A DNA stretch of 64,000 nt from Polyangiaceae bacterium (lineage in GTDB: Bacteria; Myxococcota_A; Polyangia; Polyangiales; Polyangiaceae). This document shows positions 1 to 10,547 of this stretch, piece after piece. The DNA lies in contig JBGANF010000001.1 of NCBI GenBank assembly GCA_044222475.1, positions 64,001-128,000 of the forward strand, given 5' to 3'. Each line of letters begins with the position of its first letter. Within the stretch, counting starts at the first letter, position 1. Under the pieces are notes generated by a model. The model ran no database searches and was not told where the DNA came from. It worked only from the letters and a program-made list of their open reading frames with translations. The position numbers and the translations under genes were made by a program.

Positions 1-910
<910 letters not shown>

Positions 911-913
911 ACG

Positions 914-1984
914 TCAGAAGCTGGTCCCCGCAGCCCAGTCCTTCTCGAACGTCGTGTTCATCGTCCCGATCGCGTCCTGCTGCGCGAAGATCACGCCGAC
1001 CTCGCGGTTCTTCGAGAGCGACGTCCAGCTCAGGTTCTCCGAGCCGACGTAGGCGCGCTCGCCGTCGGCGACGATCGCCTTCACGTGCACCGTCGGCGAC
1101 GCGAGGTACTTCACCGGGATGGACGCCGAACCGAGGAACTTCGCCGCGTCGAGGTTCGTGTCGATCCAGCTCGGGTTGGCGACGATCACGCGCACCTTCA
1201 CCCCGGCCTTCGCCCGGTCGGCCACGGCGGTTCGCACGTCGTCGTCGGCGAACTGCATCGACTCGATGTCGAGCGTCGTCTTCGCGCTCGCGATGACGGC
1301 CAGGATACGAGCCCGCGCGTTGACCGGCGAGACCACGAGGCGCGTGCAGTCGAGGCTCGGCGCGGTGCCACCGAAGTCGGCGTCGAACAGCGACGCGATG
1401 TCGCCGACGTCCTGCGGATCGCGATCGTGCACGACGTAGTTGCGCTCCTTGAGCACGTTGCTCTGGAGGTAGTTCCCGGTCGACAGGATCGCGAGGGCGT
1501 CATCGACGACCATGACCTTCGCGTGCATGTACGGGAACTTCGGATCACTCCAGTGCACCTCGGCGCCGGCGGCGGTGAGCTGATCGAAGTACTTCTGGTT
1601 GATCGACTTCTTGCCGACGTCGAGGATGACCGAGACCTTCACCTTCGCCGCCGCGCGACCCTTGAGCGCGTCGAGCACTGCGCCGTAGCCCATCTCGTAG
1701 ATCAACACGCGCACCGACTTGGTGGCCTTCGTCACTTCGGTCGCGAGCGCGGCCTCGCCCTCGTCGGGGAGGACCTTGAGCACGAGCGGCACCGCACGCG
1801 GCGCGAGCGGATCGCAGACTGGCACGACGGGCGTCGGCGTCGCGTCCGGCGTCGGCGTCGCGTCCGATCCGGCGTCGCCTTCCGGGACGACCGGCCCGGG
1901 ACCGGGCTGCTCGCTTGCGGCCGAACAGGCGGCGGCGAAGACGGCGAAGAATCCGGCGAGAGCGATGGAGGTGCGCGAGCTCAT
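914..1984 (-). CDS. Phospholipase D family lipoprotein with two HKD motifs
   Basis: HAKVMVVDD and HVKAIVADG...GSEN motifs; lipobox-like FAAAC. Confidence 0.85.
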   Translation of the reverse strand: MSSRTSIALAGFFAVFAAACSAASEQPGPGPVVPEGDAGSDATPTPDATPTPVVPVCDPLAPRAVPLVLKVLPDEGEAALATEVTKATKSVRVLIYEMGYGAVLDALKGRAAAKVKVSVILDVGKKSINQKYFDQLTAAGAEVHWSDPKFPYMHAKVMVVDDALAILSTGNYLQSNVLKERNYVVHDRDPQDVGDIASLFDADFGGTAPSLDCTRLVVSPVNARARILAVIASAKTTLDIESMQFADDDVRTAVADRAKAGVKVRVIVANPSWIDTNLDAAKFLGSASIPVKYLASPTVHVKAIVADGERAYVGSENLSWTSLSKNREVGVIFAQQDAIGTMNTTFEKDWAAGTSF

Positions 1985-2022
1985 GACGCCGACCTTGGCA
2001 TCACGGCGACGGTCCACGCATC

Positions 2023-4509
2023 TCAAAGAATCTCAAAGTTTACGTCGGGGCGAAGCAAGTACCCGTCATCCCTACGCAAAAGCGCCTCGCCAAAGAGATC
2101 GCGCCGCAGCGTCCACACCGCCGTGTAGGCCCGCTGCTCCGCCGCCGTCGGACGCAAGCGCTCGCCCGGCCATCCGGCGCTCGCGATCGCGTCGACCGAG
2201 AGGGCGACCCCCGGCGCGCGCGACCGGGCCTCGACGAGCGCGAGCACGAGCAGGCGAAGCGCGCGTCGCCGCGAGAGCTCGACGCGCTGCCCCTCGGGCG
2301 TGAGCGCGAAGCGCGCCTCGGCCTCGATGCGGAACGGACGCCCGTCGCGCGCGCGCGCGAACCGCAGCGCGCGCCTCACCTCGCTCGACTGCGCGACCGC
2401 CTCCGGTGGTGGAGCCTCCGCAATCTCGGCGCGCACGAACGCCCCGAGGATCGCGTGCGCGTGGAGCAGGAACGGGTGACGCACTCCGCGCAGCATGCGC
2501 TCGGACGCACGCAGCGCCTTGCGAACCTTCGCGCCGCGATCGCCGGCGGCGAACAGCGCGGCCGCGAGGTACGCGCCGGTGAGCGCCTCGAAGCCGACCG
2601 TGGGCGTCCGCACGCGACCGAGCGCGGCAGCGTACGCATCCGCCGCGACGCGGAAGGCACCGCGCTGCATCGCGAGGTGCCCGAGGACGACCTCGACGGC
2701 GGCGTGCTGCGCCGGAGCCGCGACGTCACGAAGGAGGACGTTTGCCTCGGCGACGAGCTGCTCGCCGTCGCTCACCTGCCCCACGTCCGCCATGACGCGC
2801 GCGAGGTAGACGCACGAGAGCGCCTCGAGGCCGGCATCGCCCAGCGCTCGCTGCGCGGCGCGGGCGCGCTCGAGCGACGAGAGCGCATCGGCTTCGCGAC
2901 CGAGCTCGTGCGCGACGTACCCGAGGTGCATGTGCTCGGCCGCGACGTAGCGCGCCGCGCCGTGGCCCTCGTGCTCGGCGAGCGCGGCGCGGTGAAGCGC
3001 CTCGGCTTCGACGAGGCGTCCCGCACGGTGGAGATGAACCGCGAGGTACGACGTGGCGATCGCGTGATCCGGGCCGCGACCGTCGAGCAGCGCGATGGCC
3101 GTGCGCTGCCGAGCCGCGGCTTCGTCGAAGCGGCCGCGCGCCGCGAGCGCGAAGGCCTCCTCCGAGACGCACTGCGCTTCGCCGTGACGATCGCCGAGGT
3201 CGCGGTAGCACGCGATCGCGCGATCGATCTCCGCCGCCGCGTGGTGCCACGCGCCCTCGATGCGCGCGAGCTGCGCCGAGCGCCGCCGCGCTTCGGCTTC
3301 GAGCGCACCGTGCCGAGGCGCAAGCGACAACGCGAGGCCGAACGAGCGGCGCGCGGACGCGTGATCGCCGGCGAGCCGCGCGAGCTCACCGCGCGCGAGC
3401 GCGAGCGGCGCCTTCGTCGGCTTCACGGCCGCGACCACGACCGGGACGCGAAGCGGGCCCAACGCGGACCGCACGCGATGGACCAGCGTCGCCGCTCGTT
3501 CGCGGTGCGACGGCCGCGCTCCCTGCGCGGCGACGAGCGTCAGGTTCGGCTCTTCGAGCGCGAGCCGCGACCAACCTTCCTCCAGCGGCGCGGCCATCGT
3601 GCGCGCGAGCTCCGCCTCGGCCTCTTGGAGGATCGCCTCGGTCACCGGGATCGTCAGGGTGGGCCGGCGCTTCGCCGTCGACACGTCGCGAAGCGGCGCC
3701 GCCAGCGCGAGTCGCGTGGTGCCGTGACGTGATTGGCTCGTCACGAAGCCGAGCGCGAGGAGCCGCCGGCACGCCGCGATCCCGGCGCCGCGCGCCTTCG
3801 ACGCGAACGCGGCTGCGGCTTCGTCCACGGTGAAGGTCGTCGGAAACACCGCGAGCGCGTGGACCAACGCAGCGTCTCGCGATGGCAGCCGAGACAACGC
3901 GCGGGTGCACATCGCGGCGAGCGACTCGTCGCCGTCGGCCAGTTCGTCGAACGCGTCGAGCACCGAACGCTCGTCGATCTCGGCGACGAAGGCGCGCGCG
4001 ATCGCGATGGCGAGCGGGAGCCCACCCATGCGAGCGATCAGCGCGTCGACGATCGCTTCGTTCAGCGGACGCGCTGCCGCGTCGGTCAACAGGCGGCGCG
4101 CGCTGGCGTCCGGGATCGTCCCGAGCTCCACCGCGGGCGCGACGTCGAGGCGCACGCGGGAGACGAGGAGCACGTGAGCGCCCGTCGTGCGCGGACGAAG
4201 AAGCTCCGGGAGGAGCTCGGCGATGCGCTCCGCGTCGTCGACGACGACGAGCTCGCCGTCGCGGGTGGCGATCGCGCGCTCGAGCGTGCGCACGTCGTCG
4301 CGCGCGATGCGGAGCGCGACCGCCAGCGCGCGCCGCGCTTCGTCCGCGGAGCCGACCGCGAGCGACACGTCGCGTCGCTCGCCCCTCCACCGGAGGCGAC
4401 CGACGAGCGCCGTCTTCCCCACCCCGAGCGGACCGTGGACCTGCGCGAGCTTCGACGGCTGGAGCGCGGCCTCGACCGCGCGAAGCTCGGCGTTCCGCTC
4501 GATCCACAC
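2023..4509 (-). CDS. P-loop NTPase-TPR-winged-helix regulator (STAND-like)
   Basis: Walker A GPLGVGKT, Walker B VVVDDAE, GLPLAI motif, TPR-like helices, C-terminal GWPGER...YTAVWTLRR...DGYLL OmpR-like wHTH. Confidence 0.75.
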   Translation of the reverse strand: MWIERNAELRAVEAALQPSKLAQVHGPLGVGKTALVGRLRWRGERRDVSLAVGSADEARRALAVALRIARDDVRTLERAIATRDGELVVVDDAERIAELLPELLRPRTTGAHVLLVSRVRLDVAPAVELGTIPDASARRLLTDAAARPLNEAIVDALIARMGGLPLAIAIARAFVAEIDERSVLDAFDELADGDESLAAMCTRALSRLPSRDAALVHALAVFPTTFTVDEAAAAFASKARGAGIAACRRLLALGFVTSQSRHGTTRLALAAPLRDVSTAKRRPTLTIPVTEAILQEAEAELARTMAAPLEEGWSRLALEEPNLTLVAAQGARPSHRERAATLVHRVRSALGPLRVPVVVAAVKPTKAPLALARGELARLAGDHASARRSFGLALSLAPRHGALEAEARRRSAQLARIEGAWHHAAAEIDRAIACYRDLGDRHGEAQCVSEEAFALAARGRFDEAAARQRTAIALLDGRGPDHAIATSYLAVHLHRAGRLVEAEALHRAALAEHEGHGAARYVAAEHMHLGYVAHELGREADALSSLERARAAQRALGDAGLEALSCVYLARVMADVGQVSDGEQLVAEANVLLRDVAAPAQHAAVEVVLGHLAMQRGAFRVAADAYAAALGRVRTPTVGFEALTGAYLAAALFAAGDRGAKVRKALRASERMLRGVRHPFLLHAHAILGAFVRAEIAEAPPPEAVAQSSEVRRALRFARARDGRPFRIEAEARFALTPEGQRVELSRRRALRLLVLALVEARSRAPGVALSVDAIASAGWPGERLRPTAAEQRAYTAVWTLRRDLFGEALLRRDDGYLLRPDVNFEIL

Positions 4510-4600
4510 GCGGCGAGCCTATCGTGGTCCTGCGCGGGCCGGCACGCGAGTCCTCGCGAACCTACATGTAGCATATTGAGAGAAACTCGGGTATCGTGCG

Positions 4601-4614
4601 GGCACACGGTGTGC
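4601..4614 (+). promoter_or_regulatory. Putative sigma54 -24/-12 promoter upstream of GH25 gene
   Basis: GG-cacacggtgt-GC (GG-N10-GC) ending 15 nt before the ATG. Confidence 0.4.
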
Positions 4615-4628
4615 AAAGGGTGTCTTCG

Positions 4629-5489
4629 ATGAGCTCGACCCGCGTTCTCGCCGCCCTGGGCCTCCTCTCGATCGTCGCCGTCGCGGCCTGCAGCGCCGAC
4701 ACGGAGAGCACCTGCTCGGCCGACGGTCAGGCCCTCAAGGTGTGCGCTGGGAAGAGCACGGTCGCCGGCATCGACGTCTCGTACTACCAGGGCGCGATCG
4801 ACTGGGCGGCGGTGAAGAAGTCGGGCAAGGCGTTCGCGATCGCGCGCGTGAGCGACGGGACGGGCTTCATCGATCCGAAGTTCGACGAAAACTGGAAGGG
4901 GATGAAAGCGGTCGGGCTCATCCGCGGTACCTACCAGTTCTTCCACCCGGGCAAGGATCCGGTCGCTCAGGCCGAGCTCGTGATTGCGCAGCTCAAGGCG
5001 AACGGTGGGCTCCTCGAGGACGACCTCCCGCCGGTGATGGACATGGAGACGACGGACGGCGCGAGCCCGTCGACGATCCAGGCCAACATGAAGATCTGGC
5101 TCGCCCGGATCGAAAAGGAGTACGGGCGGAAGCCCCTCATCTACACCGCCGCGTTCATGAGCACGAACGTGGGGACCGGGTTCACCGCGTATCCGCTGTG
5201 GGTCGCGAACTACGGCACGACGTGCCCCACGATGCCGAGCAACTGGACGAAGTGGGTCATGTGGCAGTCGAGCTCGACCGGATCGGTTCCGGGCATCTCG
5301 GGCAACGTCGACATGGACGAGTTCAACGGCACGCTGCAGGACCTCAAGGACTTCATCAACCCGCCGCCGGTGGAGCCGCCTCCGTCGAAGGACGCGGGAG
5401 CGCCGACGAGCGACGCGGGCACCGTGACGCCGCCCACGCCGACGAACGACGCCGGCACCGTGACGCCGCCGCCGCCCTGCGGTCCCTGA
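4629..5489 (+). CDS. GH25 lysozyme (muramidase), probable lipoprotein
   Basis: GIDVSYYQG, GTYQF, PVMDMET (DxE), LWVANY, WQ..S, VDMD; lipobox VAAC; Pro/Thr-rich tail. Confidence 0.92.
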   Translation: MSSTRVLAALGLLSIVAVAACSADTESTCSADGQALKVCAGKSTVAGIDVSYYQGAIDWAAVKKSGKAFAIARVSDGTGFIDPKFDENWKGMKAVGLIRGTYQFFHPGKDPVAQAELVIAQLKANGGLLEDDLPPVMDMETTDGASPSTIQANMKIWLARIEKEYGRKPLIYTAAFMSTNVGTGFTAYPLWVANYGTTCPTMPSNWTKWVMWQSSSTGSVPGISGNVDMDEFNGTLQDLKDFINPPPVEPPPSKDAGAPTSDAGTVTPPTPTNDAGTVTPPPPCGP

Positions 5490-5582
5490 GAACGCAGCCG
5501 CGCGGCTGTCGTTGCGGTCTACACGCGGTGTGACTCTTTCGAAATGGTCCTCGCGATCGGCCCGGCCTAGGGTCGGGCGGAC

Positions 5583-6332
5583 ATGCGTCTCCCGCTCCAT
5601 CGGATCCAGTGCTTCCTCCTCGTGCTCGCGGGGCTGCTGGCGAGCTCGGTCGCATGGGCGAAACCCGCAGCGCGGGTAGGCGAGCCGCTGCGCCTTGCCG
5701 TCCCGGGCGCGCCCGACGCGTTCTACTACCGGCCCAACGCCGGCAAAGGCATCAAGCCCGTGCTCATGTTCCTCCACGGCCGCGGGGCCAACGTGAAGGA
5801 CAACTGTCGGAGCTGGGCGAAGGTCGGCAGGCAGTTCGGTTGGGTCGTGTGCCCTCAAGGACCCGACGATCGCGGAAATGGAGCGCGAGGTTGGAACAAC
5901 AACGCAACCGTCGGCGGCGCGATCGCGAAGGCGACCGTCGCCGCGTTGCGTGCAAAGTACAACCGAAAGGTGCAGCTCCGCGGAAACGTGATGATCGGGT
6001 TCAGCGAGGGCGCGTTCGTGGCGATGCAGGTCGCGTTGCGCGATCCCGTCACGTGGAACCGGTGGCTGATCCTCGCCGCCAACGACAAGTACTGGGTCGG
6101 CGACGGGGCGCAACTCCTCCACGCCAACCGGTCGAAGATCAAGCGAGTCTTCCTCTTCACCGGCGAAGCCGACGAGGTGGCGGCCAACACCCGACGGGTG
6201 GCCGAGCTCCTGAGAGCCGAGCGGATCGGCGTCAAGATGAAGATCGCGCCGCGGATGGGCCACGAGATCGCCGCCGACCGCATGGTGGTGAGCTACCGCG
6301 CGCCGCTGGCCTGGTTGGTGGCTGCGAAGTGA
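5583..6332 (+). CDS. Secreted alpha/beta hydrolase (phospholipase/carboxylesterase-like)
   Basis: Signal peptide, LHGRG, GFSEG nucleophile elbow, G..D, MGHEI. Confidence 0.75.
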   Translation: MRLPLHRIQCFLLVLAGLLASSVAWAKPAARVGEPLRLAVPGAPDAFYYRPNAGKGIKPVLMFLHGRGANVKDNCRSWAKVGRQFGWVVCPQGPDDRGNGARGWNNNATVGGAIAKATVAALRAKYNRKVQLRGNVMIGFSEGAFVAMQVALRDPVTWNRWLILAANDKYWVGDGAQLLHANRSKIKRVFLFTGEADEVAANTRRVAELLRAERIGVKMKIAPRMGHEIAADRMVVSYRAPLAWLVAAK

Positions 6333-6339
6333 ACCGCCT

Positions 6340-7647
6340 TCAATCCGCGTCGGCAGCCAGGAACTGGTGGGTGACGAAGTCGCCGAGTCCCTGCACGAAG
6401 GGCATCGCGACCTCGTCGTACTCGTATTGGTCGTCGTTCATCGTCCCGTTGGCGTTGGTGTAGAGCGTCGCGGCGACGAACACCGATCGCCCGGTCGTTT
6501 CGTCCACGACGTACGAGTTCTGCACGATGAAGCCGTACGACCGCCCCCCTTTGCCGAAGGCTCGGATGCGGTGACCCGGCGAAGCGGCCCGAATCGCAAG
6601 GAGCAGCGGCTTGTGAAGTGGGTCGAGCCCCGCGCCGCCGATCACCCGCGGGTTCTTGGACTCGCTCGGCACGGTCTCGAGCGCGTCGACGAGGAGCGCC
6701 CGGTCGTCGGGGTCGAGCCGAACCGCCTTCCCGGGGACGAGCTCCGGCCGAACGACGGCGATCAGGAGATCCTGGAGATCGCGGAGCGAGATCCGGTTCT
6801 TGTCCTCGAACGTCATCGGCGCTTCGACCCGCCGCCCGTAGCCGTCGAGGTGCGCGACGCCGACCAGCACGCGCGGAACGTCGTTCCCGCCGAGCACGAG
6901 CGTCCCGAACCGCTCCGGCAGGACGATCGGCTCGCCGTGGGCGGGGACGAGCTCGACGTGCGGCGAGCGACGGGCATCGTGACCGAAGGCCCCCAGATGG
7001 TGTCGAAGGCGCGCGGAGGTGAAGCCGTCGTCGAGCAGGCGCGTGTTGAGCTCGTCGTGACCGACGAAGTCGAAGAGGCGATTGAACGCCTCGTTGTCCG
7101 AGAGGACGAGCGCCTTGCGGATCTCCTGCCCGATGGAGATCCGACCGGTTTCCGAGTCGGTGGGGTCGAGCACGTCGAACGACCCCATCGCGTTCTGGAT
7201 GCGGAGCGGCGTCGCAGCGTCGAGCTCGCTGGTGGGCGCGTCCCGACGCAGGGCGCCGAGCTTCTCCAACGCGGCAACGGCGGCGCAGAGCTTGATGGCG
7301 CTCGCGGGGTAGAAATACTCGGCATCCGCGCGGTAGCTCAGCCGCTGCAGCTCCGCTCCGCTGGAACCAGCGACCGGAGCGGCGATCAGCACCTCGAGGC
7401 GGAGGTGCTCGGCGTCGTCGAGAAGGCTCGCGATCGCGGGCTCGTGGCGCAGGCGGGGCTCGAGACCGACGTCGGGGTCGATGCGCGCGCTGGCGACCCG
7501 CACGGAGGTGGCGCCGGAGACGTTGGGACCGCACGCCAGGACGAACGACGAGACGATCAGAGCGAGCACGACGCGACACACGGGCGAGATCTTTCCTTCT
7601 CGTAGGAGACGATGAAGATCGTAGGTCTCGCGTCGGGGCCGGGCCAT
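6340..7647 (-). CDS. Serine hydrolase, class A beta-lactamase-like fold (start uncertain, possibly 7581)
   Basis: YPASAIKL (SxxK), VLSDNE (SDN), FGKGG (KTG-equivalent); lipobox VLAC. Confidence 0.75.
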   Translation of the reverse strand: MARPRRETYDLHRLLREGKISPVCRVVLALIVSSFVLACGPNVSGATSVRVASARIDPDVGLEPRLRHEPAIASLLDDAEHLRLEVLIAAPVAGSSGAELQRLSYRADAEYFYPASAIKLCAAVAALEKLGALRRDAPTSELDAATPLRIQNAMGSFDVLDPTDSETGRISIGQEIRKALVLSDNEAFNRLFDFVGHDELNTRLLDDGFTSARLRHHLGAFGHDARRSPHVELVPAHGEPIVLPERFGTLVLGGNDVPRVLVGVAHLDGYGRRVEAPMTFEDKNRISLRDLQDLLIAVVRPELVPGKAVRLDPDDRALLVDALETVPSESKNPRVIGGAGLDPLHKPLLLAIRAASPGHRIRAFGKGGRSYGFIVQNSYVVDETTGRSVFVAATLYTNANGTMNDDQYEYDEVAMPFVQGLGDFVTHQFLAADAD

Positions 7648-7709
7648 GGCGAAAGATCCACCGAACCTGTCGGCACACTCGACATGGGACGGGGAGGATT
7701 GCTTCCGCT

Positions 7710-8219
7710 TCAGTTCAGCCAGATCAAGAGGCCGCGACCGTCTTGCGCGGCTCTGCGGACCAGCGCTCGGACGTCGTCGTAGGCGCCGGAGAAGTAGCCG
7801 AACTCGTCGCCCGCGGCCGGATTGAGGGTGCTCCATCCGCCGGGGTAGATCTCGAGCTCTTCCATCTTGGCGGCGTCGTAGCGGCGGACCAGCTCGCTCG
7901 TCGGCACCTTCTCGAGTGCGCGGTCCAGCGCGACGACGTCGCGGCTCCGAAGCGCGCGGGCCGGGCCGTAGCCCACGTCTTCATCGCCGATCGCCTCGCC
8001 TCCGACCGCGATGAAGTCGAGCGGCGCCGTACCTTCCCAGGCCGAGCCCGTGAGCAGGAAGTGGAGCGCGTGCCACGCCTTGTCGACGTCGACGTGGTCC
8101 GCTGGCTCGTCGACCTCGTAGACCCGGCGCTCGAGGAAGCTCTGGATGGTCTCCGGCGCGGCGAGGAGCCCGGAGATGTCTTCATCGGAGACGAGAAGAA
8201 AATTGCCGATCATGCTCAT
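7710..8219 (-). CDS. YfbM / DUF1877 family protein
   Basis: MSMIG start, DVDKAWHALHFLLTG, GYGPAR, IYPG.W. Confidence 0.88.
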   Translation of the reverse strand: MSMIGNFLLVSDEDISGLLAAPETIQSFLERRVYEVDEPADHVDVDKAWHALHFLLTGSAWEGTAPLDFIAVGGEAIGDEDVGYGPARALRSRDVVALDRALEKVPTSELVRRYDAAKMEELEIYPGGWSTLNPAAGDEFGYFSGAYDDVRALVRRAAQDGRGLLIWLN

Positions 8220-10543
8220 GAGACACCCTTGGAGCTTGCGAATCGTCGTCGGAGATCTCGCCGCAGGATGAACGTCAACCGAATCGCGACCAGGATCGTC
8301 ACGAAGGAAAATACCCAGCGCAGCGGCTCGAACGGCGGCGGGGGTGGAAGTCGGATCGGCCCTTGCGCCGCTTCTTCCAGGAGCTTCGCGTGCGCGGCGG
8401 CGTTCGCTCGGCCGAAGTTGCCGTCCGCGTTTCGCGGGTCGAAGCCGTACGCGAGGAGCTGGTTGTCGTCGGTGATCACCTTGCCCGCATCTGCGTAGCG
8501 CGTGAACGCGGTCGACCCGATCAACGAGGTACGGATCGCCTCGTTCGTCAACGTGCGACCCGGTGATTCACGGTCGAGACCGGGCCACTCTGTACCAAAC
8601 TGGGATGCATCGTTCTTGCCGAGAAGGATCCCGGTGCCCGACGACGGGTGAACCCACAGCACCGCGTTCGGAAACACCGCCCGGAACGTCGTCGCGATCG
8701 ACGCACCGCGCAGCGGATCGACCAGGTGAAATGGCAGCCACTGCGCCGCGATGCCGCCTGGATTCAGGCGCGAACGCACGAGCTCGTAGAACTCGCGCGA
8801 GTAGAGCGCATTCACGCCGGCGAACGTCGGCGGCATCGGCTCGAGCGTGATCACATCGTACGTGGTCTTCGTGCGTCGAAGCCAGGAGCGCCCGTCGACG
8901 CGGTGATGGTGCACGATCGGATCGTCGAGCACGCCTTCGTTCTTGGGGAACTGCCCCGCGAGATCGAACACGGCCTGGCTGATGTCCACGATGTCGAGCG
9001 ACTCGACGTGCTCGCGGCGGAGCGCGTTCGCCGTCTGCCCCGTGCCGAAGCAGATCACCAGCGCCGGTCCCGGCTTCGGGTGAAGCAGCGCCGGCAGGCG
9101 GCCCATCCACACCATGTAGTCAGCAAACCCGGCCTCGGACGTGGCGACGAACCCGTCGATGTAGAGCTGCCGCGTGCCGTCCGTCTGCTCCACGACCGAC
9201 ACCGTGAAGTCCGCCGATTCACGAAACGCGAGGAGCTTGCCGGGCCCCGCGCCGATCGTCCGCGTGCGACCGACGCCCGACTCGAACGTGATCGCCAGCC
9301 CCAACGCGACCACGGTCGCTCCTAGGGCGATCATCCGCGTTCGCCCCCGCACCGCCGCGAGCGCCACGAGCGCCACGAGACCGCCGACGAGCCACGCGGT
9401 GCGCGCGATCCCGATGGACGGGAGCAGCACCCACGCCGCGAGGAGCGCACCGCCGATCGCGCCGATCGTGTTCACCGCGTACAGCGCGCCCCACCCCCGC
9501 GCGCCGGCTTGATCTTCGAGGACCCACGGCAGCGCGATCCCGAGGAGGAACATCGCCGGGCCTACCACGAGCAACGTCTGCAGGAACCAGCTCGGAAGCA
9601 GGAAGAAGAAGAACGGCACGTTGCTCAGCGCGTCGAAGCGCTCGACGATCGGCGTCGCGATCAGAATCGCGACCGCCGACGCCGCGAGCCACGGCCCGAC
9701 CGTGCCGCCGCGCGAGCGCAGCCACGGCGCGACCCGGGCCGCGAGGGCGATCGGTACGAGCACCGCGGCCACGAGGATCGCGAACGTGTACGTCGTACTG
9801 AAGTAGGCCGCGCGCAGCGCGCGGAACCACGCGACCTCGAGCGCGAACGTCGCGAGCCCGGTCACGAGAACGATTGCCCCCGCCAGCGCGGGCACCATGG
9901 GCTTCGGCTTCTTCGCGTCGGCAAGGGCCGCCGTCGGCGCTTCACCCGCCGCAGGCAGCGAGAACGCGAGCGCGAAGATCGAAAGGTCGATCGCCGACAC
10001 GAGCGCCACGCTCCAACCCACTCCGAGCGCGGGCATGACCACGAGCGCCAGCACGAGCGTCCCGATCGCGGCCCCAAGCGTGTTGAGGCCATACAGGTGC
10101 GAGAGCTTCGTCCCGTATTGCCGCGCGACGAGACCGAACAGCGGGAGCGACGCGCCCATCGCGCACGTGGGAAGGCCCAGCACCAGCACCAAGCCGATCA
10201 CGTGCAGCGGCGACGCGCTCGCATCTGCGGCGAGCCCTGCATCCGCGCGCGCGACAGCGGCCAGCGCCGGCCGCAGGGCGAGCCCCGAGAGCCCGACCAG
10301 AAGCTCGAGCACGGCGTACCAACGAAGCGGACGCGCCGGAGCGCGCTTCTCGAGCACGCGGCCCATGAGCCACGCGCCGAGGCTCATCCCGCCCATCATG
10401 CAGGCGAGCGTGAGCGCGGTCCCCTCGGCCGAGACGCCGAGCGAGAGACCGAGCTCCAGCTGCCAGATGACCTCCCACGAAAGCGCGGCGATGCCCCCGA
10501 AGAGCACCGCCGCGTGGATGAGTGTCTTCGGCTGAACCGGCAA
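8216..10543 (-). CDS. Fused membrane domain / spermidine synthase-like SAM-binding protein
   Basis: Many TM helices (WEVIW, YGLNTLGA repeats) followed by LVICFGTGQT, DGR, YDVITLEP, LYSREFY, GGIAAQWLP. Confidence 0.85.
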   Translation of the reverse strand: MPVQPKTLIHAAVLFGGIAALSWEVIWQLELGLSLGVSAEGTALTLACMMGGMSLGAWLMGRVLEKRAPARPLRWYAVLELLVGLSGLALRPALAAVARADAGLAADASASPLHVIGLVLVLGLPTCAMGASLPLFGLVARQYGTKLSHLYGLNTLGAAIGTLVLALVVMPALGVGWSVALVSAIDLSIFALAFSLPAAGEAPTAALADAKKPKPMVPALAGAIVLVTGLATFALEVAWFRALRAAYFSTTYTFAILVAAVLVPIALAARVAPWLRSRGGTVGPWLAASAVAILIATPIVERFDALSNVPFFFFLLPSWFLQTLLVVGPAMFLLGIALPWVLEDQAGARGWGALYAVNTIGAIGGALLAAWVLLPSIGIARTAWLVGGLVALVALAAVRGRTRMIALGATVVALGLAITFESGVGRTRTIGAGPGKLLAFRESADFTVSVVEQTDGTRQLYIDGFVATSEAGFADYMVWMGRLPALLHPKPGPALVICFGTGQTANALRREHVESLDIVDISQAVFDLAGQFPKNEGVLDDPIVHHHRVDGRSWLRRTKTTYDVITLEPMPPTFAGVNALYSREFYELVRSRLNPGGIAAQWLPFHLVDPLRGASIATTFRAVFPNAVLWVHPSSGTGILLGKNDASQFGTEWPGLDRESPGRTLTNEAIRTSLIGSTAFTRYADAGKVITDDNQLLAYGFDPRNADGNFGRANAAAHAKLLEEAAQGPIRLPPPPPFEPLRWVFSFVTILVAIRLTFILRRDLRRRFASSKGVS

Positions 10544-10547
10544 CGAC

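Noticed and set aside
2023..4509. Avs/NLR-type anti-phage system
   Set aside because: No nuclease, TIR or SIR2 effector domain; the C-terminal wHTH indicates a transcription regulator.
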